Origin: Eledone cirrhosa
Lineage: Eukaryota
Length of the DNA: 64,000 bases
Assembly: GCA_964016885.1 (NCBI GenBank)
Contig: OZ024741.1
Location: 57,040,001 to 57,104,000, forward strand
Direction: 5' to 3'
Below the pieces are notes generated by a model that saw nothing but the letters and a program-made list of their open reading frames with translations, did no database searches and was not told the origin of the DNA. Each line of letters starts with the position of its first letter. Position 1 is the first letter of the stretch. Of the stretch, positions 56,881 to 64,000 are shown in pieces. Position numbers and translations under genes: made by a program.

Positions 56881-59133
56881 CTAGCTCCTACCCCCGTAGT
56901 AGAGCACTTTCCGACCCTACCACGCCGTATCCAGACTTTTCCGCTAAGCCCAATTCATTTCACCCGCACCATGCGAAAACACAACATTGACTTCTCTACC
57001 AAGAACATCCCAATCCCACCGAAAAAACTTTACCTTCGGATGCTCACGCAAAAAATCGATCTATTTGCGAAAAGACTTAGATGGAGAACTTTTTTCTATG
57101 ACAGATATTGCGACAACCAAGACTTCGGCACCAAGGAGAGATTCGGATTTATTACCTACAAATCTCCGCCCCTGAACCCCTTGCTCGCACCCTTCGAGAA
57201 TGACCTCTTCCAACTGGTCAAGAACATTAAATTTAAACCCAGACACAACCGATTCCTACAAAAACTCCGTAGCAACCTAACAGAGTATGATAACACAAAT
57301 GACATCATGGTGCATTCGGATAAAACTGGGAACCTATACTTTGTCAACCCTGACAGATACCACACACTGATCAGGAGCAGCCTAAACTCCACCTATAAAA
57401 AGGCCAACCACTCTTGCATCGAGGACATAAATCGAGATGGACAACAAATCACCTCCAGCCTCGGGGTCGCCGACCGCACGGAACCTCTAGACCCACGGAC
57501 ACCATACTTCACACTGAAGGACCATAAATCCGATTTTGACCGTAAACCCTCTATCAGGCTTATTAACCCAACGAAGTCCGACATAGGGAGAATCAGCAAA
57601 AAAATCCTAGACCGCGTGATACCAAAAGTCAAGCAACACACCCGACTTAGCCTATGGATCAACACCCAGGAAGTAATCTCCTGGTTCAGCAATATGGAGG
57701 ATAAACGAGAAACTAAATTCATACAGTTCGACATAGAGAGCTACTATGCTTCAATCACCTTACCGCTACTTACTGCCGCCTTGGACTTCGCCGAATCACT
57801 TGTGCCCATCACCGACCAGGAAAGAAAAATCATCCTCCACGCCAGGAAGACAGTCTTACTCTTTGACGACTCTAAATGGATAAAAAGAGCTCCCGACTCA
57901 CCCTTCGACGTCAGCATGGGCGCCACGGATTCGGCGGAGGTCACAGATTTTATAGGATTATTCCTAATAGCCAAACTCACTGATATGTTTCCTGCATTCG
58001 GTGGTGGATTGTACCGTGATGATGGGCTCCTTACCCTTAAAGGGTACAACCCCAGTAGTACAGATCGGGTCCGGAAACAATTAATCAGATTCTTCCGAGA
58101 CTGGGGATTTAAAATAACCCTACAAACGTCCCTGACCAGAGTAAACTTCCTGGACGTGACCCTCGACCTCGAAAACGACCTGTACTACCCATACAGGAAA
58201 CCTAATGACAATCTGCACTACATCCACCGCCGATCAAACAATCCTAGGAACATCACAAACAACCTGGTCAAAAACATCTCCCTCCGCATATCCCGTTTAT
58301 CAGCTAATGAGCGGATATTCGATGAACATGCGCCTTATTACAACCAGGCCCTCAAGCGGAGTGGTTTCCGGGAGGAAATATCCTACTGTCCAGCTCCCAT
58401 TAGCGGAACCAGCAGGAGACACCGCCGCTCACGCAATGTAACATGGTTCAATCCTCCCCACAACGCAGAGGTGACAATTCCCATCGGGAAACTATTCTTT
58501 AGGCTCATTGAAAAACACTTCCCATTACAACACCGCTACCACAACATAATTAACAAAAATACCATCAAACTCTCTTACAGCACTACACCAAACTTCGCAC
58601 AAAACATCGTCTCCTCTAACAACAAAAAACTCAACCCCGATGGCAGAAATAACCTAAATAGCAGTGGAGAACCGACCAGGAGGTGTAACTGCCCGGATAG
58701 ATCTATTTGCCCACTCGACAATAGATGCAGAGACCGTAATGTGATCTACCAGTGCAACGTGAGGACGGATACCTCCAACAAAGCCTATATAGGACTTACC
58801 GCATGTGACTTCAAGACCCGGCTATACCAACATAGACATACCTTCCGAAACCCGGCCCGGCGTCACGCCACTACACTTTCGGGCCACATATGGGACCTCA
58901 AGGACAACAACATCACCTATGATCTCACTTGGAGATTACTGTCCAGAGCCAATTCTTACACGGGAGGACGCCGTCCGTGCAATTTATGCTCGGAGGAAAC
59001 TTTACAAATGCTCTTTTCGACGGACCAACTCCTAAACAAGAAAGATGAACTGGTTACTGCATGTAAACATAGATTGCGTAGGACTTACCTCGCCCTCAAA
59101 CCCCATAATGACCCGGGGGGGGGGGTAGACTAG
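56824..59133 (+). CDS. PLE reverse transcriptase + GIY-YIG endonuclease, uninterrupted (first ATG at 56971, MRKHNIDFSTKNIPIP; true start uncertain)
   Basis: Motifs DKTGN, TLKDHK, RLINP, QFDIESYYASI, MGATDSAEV, LYRDDGL, FLDVTL, YRKPN; Cys linker CNCPDRSICPLDNRC; GIY-YIG VIYQC...YIGLT...FKTR..QH; CNLC..E; LLNKKDELVTACKH. Confidence 0.92.
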   Translation: MSTLVRYGPPGSLPHFLRYLAPTPVVEHFPTLPRRIQTFPLSPIHFTRTMRKHNIDFSTKNIPIPPKKLYLRMLTQKIDLFAKRLRWRTFFYDRYCDNQDFGTKERFGFITYKSPPLNPLLAPFENDLFQLVKNIKFKPRHNRFLQKLRSNLTEYDNTNDIMVHSDKTGNLYFVNPDRYHTLIRSSLNSTYKKANHSCIEDINRDGQQITSSLGVADRTEPLDPRTPYFTLKDHKSDFDRKPSIRLINPTKSDIGRISKKILDRVIPKVKQHTRLSLWINTQEVISWFSNMEDKRETKFIQFDIESYYASITLPLLTAALDFAESLVPITDQERKIILHARKTVLLFDDSKWIKRAPDSPFDVSMGATDSAEVTDFIGLFLIAKLTDMFPAFGGGLYRDDGLLTLKGYNPSSTDRVRKQLIRFFRDWGFKITLQTSLTRVNFLDVTLDLENDLYYPYRKPNDNLHYIHRRSNNPRNITNNLVKNISLRISRLSANERIFDEHAPYYNQALKRSGFREEISYCPAPISGTSRRHRRSRNVTWFNPPHNAEVTIPIGKLFFRLIEKHFPLQHRYHNIINKNTIKLSYSTTPNFAQNIVSSNNKKLNPDGRNNLNSSGEPTRRCNCPDRSICPLDNRCRDRNVIYQCNVRTDTSNKAYIGLTACDFKTRLYQHRHTFRNPARRHATTLSGHIWDLKDNNITYDLTWRLLSRANSYTGGRRPCNLCSEETLQMLFSTDQLLNKKDELVTACKHRLRRTYLALKPHNDPGGGVD

Positions 59134-60448
59134 GGCTATAACACCCCACTTGCCGATTTTGCAATGGGTAACCCCTGCTTGCCAAGGGAGACGTAAGATC
59201 TTCTTTGTATTCTTTTATCGCTTCCTTTATTTCCTTCCTTCCCCCCTCTCTCCTTAGTCCTTCCACCCCAGCTCTTCTCCTTTGTCGGCGTCTTTTCTCG
59301 CCCACCCGAGGCTGCCCTTTGGCCCCTTGTAGCCTTAGTACCCCCACCCCCTCCCCTAGTCTAGGATAGATTTGGTGGACTCCGCCCTTTATAGCAGTTG
59401 GTTTAGACCCCGGATATTTGTCCCCTTTTTCCGACCGCTCCCACTATTCTCTGTGCCCTCTATATTTCTTAGTGGCACTTATGCCTTATTTTCTCGTTTC
59501 AGTATTTCTTTCTTCGCTTTTCTTTTGGGCGGGGTGCATTCTGAATTTATTCTTCCGTATTCTACCTTTACTTCGTACGAACTTTCATGTAGCTTGTTTT
59601 AGATCCTTTAGAGTTAGCATTAGTATATATTTTTCTCGGGACTCAGAATTATTATCTCGTATTAGTTCACTTTGCTGCACTGGGTGGTTGCTGGAATTGT
59701 GCCCGGGATGGAAACCTTTATTGTTTATTTCGTGGTAGTCTCTTTAGTATTTTGGCCCCTTTTGTTGACCCGTCACCGTATCATTTACGTACTTATACCT
59801 CTTAAAAGGGTCCTCGCCTTATCCGTCCCACCTAGTTCTTTTACTTATTTCGTTATTTCTTTATTTCTTTCTTTACTTCTTTCTTTCTTTATTTATTTAT
59901 TCTAGACTAACAATAGCTAGAGACCTAGGTCGTAGAATTTAATTAACTTAAATTTTTTCTTTACACTCATTTGTTTTTCTTTACACTTATTTGCTTTTCT
60001 TCACTCTCAGTATTTTTTCTTTCCTATATATTTCTACCCTCCATTGTTCTACCTACCGTTCCGACTTCCTCCCCCTCCCCCTTCCCTGTATCTTCTTTGA
60101 CCTCATGCCCAGCTGTAGCTGGCACTACAAACGCTTGATTGGGGCTACTCCACCCCCTCCCCTCTTTCTCCTACTGGCAGGTTTAGCCACCATCTCCCCT
60201 ACTAATTTGCAACCACAGAATTACTACTGATTTTTGACAATCACTTTGACCATATATGGAATTACCCCTTGAGAAGATCGGCTATTTAAATACCAGGATA
60301 AATTCTCATTTAGTCCAGAATTAGCCGTCGAAACGGCTTGAGCTCAGCTGTCGGGGTCTTACTGGTTCCTATTACCCACTCTACTACCTCAAGTATTGAG
60401 TACTTTGGTGCGTTATGGTCCACCTGGTTCCTTACCACATTTCCTTCG

Positions 60449-60452
<4 letters not shown>
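59019..60452 (+). repeat. 3' pseudo-LTR, includes the ORF end, runs into (TA)n
   Basis: Direct repeat of 55449-56880. Confidence 0.93.
60264..60357 (+). ncRNA. Hammerhead ribozyme copy in 3' pLTR (cleavage after 60352)
   Basis: Identical to 56692-56785. Confidence 0.75.
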
Positions 60453-60496
<44 letters not shown>

Positions 60497-60675
60497 TGAA
60501 ACGAAGCCGTCGAATAGGACGGATATATCTTCGGTCGTTTTTCCCACTCATTCAATAATTTAATTAAATCAGTATCATTAAGACCAACACAAGAAATTTA
60601 AAGTGGATGTATATATATATTATAAGAAATTTAGTGGATGTATTTGTATATATAAGGGACGCGTAAAGTTCTGAT

Positions 60676-61050
60676 GTTAAAGTGGGGTTCATTGTATTGA
60701 AAGGTCAGTTTAGGTGTGGATATAGAATTAATCGTTTGTCTTGTGGGGCATGTGTGTGTGTGTTTATCCCTTGTATCAAGATTAAATTGTTTTTTAGGGG
60801 TTGTAGAAAAAGGTAAGAATAAAGATAAATAGAATTATAGATATAAATATGATTGAAAAGTGTCCTGAGGGGGGGGGGTGCAGAGACATTCATGTTTATA
60901 TCTATATTTTTATTTATCTTTATCCTTACTTTTTTCTACAACCCCTAAAAAACAATTTTGTTTTCTTGATACACACACACACACATACCACAAGATTAAT
61001 TCTATACCCACACCTAAACTGACCCTCAACACAATGAACTTCATTTTAAC
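60676..61050. mobile_element. Imperfect long inverted repeat (fold-back/MITE-like)
   Basis: CAGTTTAGGTGTGG...TAGGGGTTGTAGAAAA is mirrored by TTTTCTACAACCCCTA...CCACACCTAAACTG; centre ~60870. Confidence 0.75.
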
Positions 61051-61434
61051 CCCCACCCACATACATTAAAAAGCCAGCTGACCATTAGTTTGAATTGTAA
61101 GAACATTTTCTATTTCTATTTTAACCAAATGAATTCAATTGAATTCCTGACCTGTTGAACCCTTACTTCCACCATCACCACCACACCACCACCTTCATCA
61201 CCCCACATCATTCTTCACCACCACACTTCCATAAAGAAAATATATAAGAAGACATTTTCACAGAAAAGTCACATATATTCGAACTGCTCACAAAACATTA
61301 AAAAAAACATTTAAAAAAAATATTTTATACTTAATATCTAATATTTAATAAGACTGTTATACCAATCAAAACTGTCGGATTAAAGAAAAAATAATCTTTA
61401 AATATACTTCTGTACATTTTCACCTTCCAGTGAC

Positions 61435-61605
61435 GCCACCTACTGCAACACATTCTCCGCCTCGAGAAGAACGTAAAATAAACAAATACCGGGGTTTGTT
61501 CGACCGCTTCCTCTTCGCGCCCGTTACCGTCGAGAGCTCAGGCGTACTTGGACCCCGATCAACCGAGCTCCTCCGCAAGACCAGAAAGTTGGTGGCCCGA
61601 CTGAG
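61435..61605 (+). mobile_element. CRE RLE fragment
   Basis: EERKINKYRGL..RFLFAPVTVESSGVLGP. Confidence 0.75.
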
Positions 61606-61649
61606 GAGAAACATTATTATTATTATTGTATATTCGGCGGTATAGGGGT

Positions 61650-61835
61650 GGTGGTTTGGCAGTATCGGTAGAGGGTCAGACAACATGCTTTGTAGCACAG
61701 AGTTACGCCCCTTTCTGATCTGAGTTCAAATCCTGCCGAGGTTAACTTTGCCATTCATCCTTACGGGGTCGATAAAATAAAGTAGCAGTCATGCACTGGG
61801 TAATCGCTGGCCTTGTGCGTAAAGTAGAGATAATT
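61650..61835 (+). mobile_element. SINE family 1
   Basis: TGGCAGTATCGGTAGA...GAGTTCAAATCC...GGGGTCGATAAAATAAAG. Confidence 0.85.
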
Positions 61836-61904
61836 ATTTTTCTATTTATAATATGAATGTCCACAGGTACCTAACATAACTTTAATCATTTATCAATATT
61901 TTAG

Positions 61905-62400
61905 ACAAATCACAGAGGCAATAAACATAAAAGAATTACAACCAAAATTAAATAGAAAATATGAGTGGAACAGCAACATCACAACTTACAATTAAGGACA
62001 AAATGAAAACACACACACACATAGAACAAACAACCAACCGGTAACATGTAAATAAACAAATAAATAAACGAATATAAACACACACAGACACCCGGATGTG
62101 GCGCATGCGCAGACTGAGCACACAACACACACACAGAAACAAAATGGCGTAGGACAGAACAAAGGAGAGGCACAAAAACAAAGAAAAGAATCCCCAGTCA
62201 CTGAAGAGGTCACATAATGTGTGACGAAAGAACTTTGAGAATATATAAACAACTATCTGGTTGTGGAACCAACCAACCAACCAGAAATTTATAAATTTAT
62301 AAATTCCTAAATTTATAAATTTATTATAATAAATTGAAGTGAAAGCAACTGGTGCGTGTGTTTCTTATTGGCAACATGACCCTCCCAAAGTATAACAATA
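61905..62400 (+). mobile_element. Short 3' copy of the 38507-40780 PLE (ORF end + pLTR, HHR-like motif at 62197-62239)
   Basis: Highly similar to 40323-40780, with the same 3' terminus CCTCCCAAAGTATAACAA(TA)n. Confidence 0.88.
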
Positions 62401-62484
62401 TATATATATATATATGTTTCGAGGGGTAACCACAGTTAAATAAACTTACTCAAAACATTGATAGAGTATAGGCATCTTCATCGG

Positions 62485-62670
62485 TGGGTTGGCAGTATCG
62501 GTAGAGGATCGGACGCTATGCTTTGCAGCATAGAGTTACGGCCCTTTACGGTCTGCGTTCAAATCCCGCCGAGGTTAACTTTGCCTTTCATGCCTATAGG
62601 TTCGATAAAATAAAGCACCAGTAATGCACTGGAATAATTGATGGCCTTGTGCCAAAAGTAGAAACAATTA
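62485..62670 (+). mobile_element. SINE family 1
   Basis: Same consensus as 61650-61835. Confidence 0.85.
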
Positions 62671-63103
62671 TATATAGAATGACAGAACAAGAACTGTTTC
62701 ATTAATCAGTGGGATTGTTAGTTCTGATTAGTTATAAATGTCTCAGTTAGTAGTTGAGGGTGATGGTAAGGGGATCCTATCTAATGAAGCAAGTATCTAG
62801 TGGTGGATGATGAGGAGGAAAGGGGGAGAAGTCACCTGATTAATGAGGGGAGGGAGCGGAGGAAAGAGAGTGAAAAAGGGGATGAGGAAGAAGAAATAAA
62901 ATCAGGTGAAGTAGAGTGCTAGTGGTATGTGGGAGGGAAGGGGGTAGCCAAGTTTCTTTGAGTAGACAGAAAGAAGGATTCAAAAGAGAAAAGAGAATCT
63001 ATTTTATACATGCATGACTAGTTTTGGTCAAGTAAACAAGTGGGTAGGAAAACAAAAGTTCTTAGTGCTGAATTGTATGTGTTAACCACACACACACACA
63101 CAC

Positions 63104-63154
<51 letters not shown>

Positions 63155-63183
63155 TATATAATATTTTTTTTTTTAAATGTTTA

Positions 63184-63248
<65 letters not shown>

Positions 63249-63252
63249 TATA

Positions 63253-63330
63253 TATGGTGTCCCCCAAAACTGTATACATATATTTATTAGAATGCTGTTG
63301 AAGAGTGTATACATTTTTGGGGTCACCATG
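63253..63330. mobile_element. Tc1/mariner-type MITE
   Basis: Similar to 16309-16407, including internal TTTATTAGAATGCTGTTGAAG. Confidence 0.72.
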
Positions 63331-63499
63331 TATAGAAAGAGGGAGAGAAAGAGAGAGTGAGGGAAAGAGTGAGAGAGATGGGGGGATTGAAATTGAATTG
63401 GGATTAGATTTTGCCGTATTTTAAATAAAGAAAATAGTCTATGCCTGCAGAAATCCTTTCTATGGTAATAATTCCATAGCTGGAGGCAAACACCAACTG

Positions 63500-63870
63500 T
63501 TTAACGAAAACTGGAATATCCTTTTAAGATTTACAATGTTTGTCACAAGTATGAAAATACACTGTTGACAGGTGCAATGTGTCCGAACACGGAAGAGCCG
63601 AACTCCTACCATCATTGTCCCCCATCTCTCTCGCCCTCCCCATCTCTCTGTATTGTGAGCAAATGGGGTCCCACATGCTGGCAGACAGAATGGAGAAGGC
63701 GTTTCCTCGGAGGAGGGTAAAGGAGATACGCTGGAAGAGCCATTCCTTCTGGTATCCTCCAGTTTATGGAGGAGCTGATAACTTTGTTAGAACTCAATGC
63801 AGCCTTGAAGAGATGGTTCCAATGAGATCAGGCGGTGAATGCTATAGCTCTGTAGTAGGCTCTCATCGAA
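63500..63870 (-). mobile_element. Possible decayed LINE RT fragment
   Basis: Weak PD.I / N.RIP / GxR-like motifs on minus. Confidence 0.3.
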
Positions 63871-63879
63871 GATTCTACT

Positions 63880-63984
<105 letters not shown>

Positions 63985-64000
63985 GTGTGTGTGAGAGAGA

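Larger units (their letters stand above)
54730..60452 (+). mobile_element. Full-length, recently inserted Penelope-like retroelement (probably Naiad clade): inverted partial pLTR + pLTR + ORF + pLTR, flanked by (TA)n
   Basis: Near-identical direct repeats 55449-56880 and 59019-60452 bracket and overlap a 769-codon ORF; 54730-55448 is the reverse complement of 56083-56800; TA tracts on both sides. Confidence 0.93.

Noticed and set aside
55449-60452. LTR retrotransposon interpretation of the direct repeats
   Set aside because: No gag, protease, RNase H or integrase, no TG..CA ends or PBS. The repeats include the ORF end and the protein is RT + GIY-YIG.

Overview
AT-rich, microsatellite-saturated eukaryotic (animal) DNA. 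The tRNA-derived SINE families resemble those I recall from Octopus/cephalopods; this is an inference, not a database check. No host protein-coding gene is supportable, and almost all long ORFs in the track come from transposons or simple repeats. Penelope-like retroelements (PLEs) dominate. One apparently intact Naiad-like element (54730-60452) has an RT + GIY-YIG ORF, two 1.43-kb direct pseudo-LTRs and an inverted partial pLTR, inserted in (TA)n. There are also three decayed PLEs and several ORF-less pLTR remnants or fold-backs. Type-I hammerhead ribozyme (HHR) folds can be read by hand in most of them. These include U3-A8 compensatory-core variants in two different PLEs, and a pair of related copies whose stem II changes sequence but keeps its pairing. 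Also present: hAT transposase relics (Charlie/Buster-, KIAA1586- and GTF2IRD2-like), MITEs, a Helitron-like element, Tx1/L1, CRE and R4/Dong LINE fragments, a ~70-unit 26-bp minisatellite with a 572-bp higher-order duplication, and many SINEs. All folds and alignments were done by eye.
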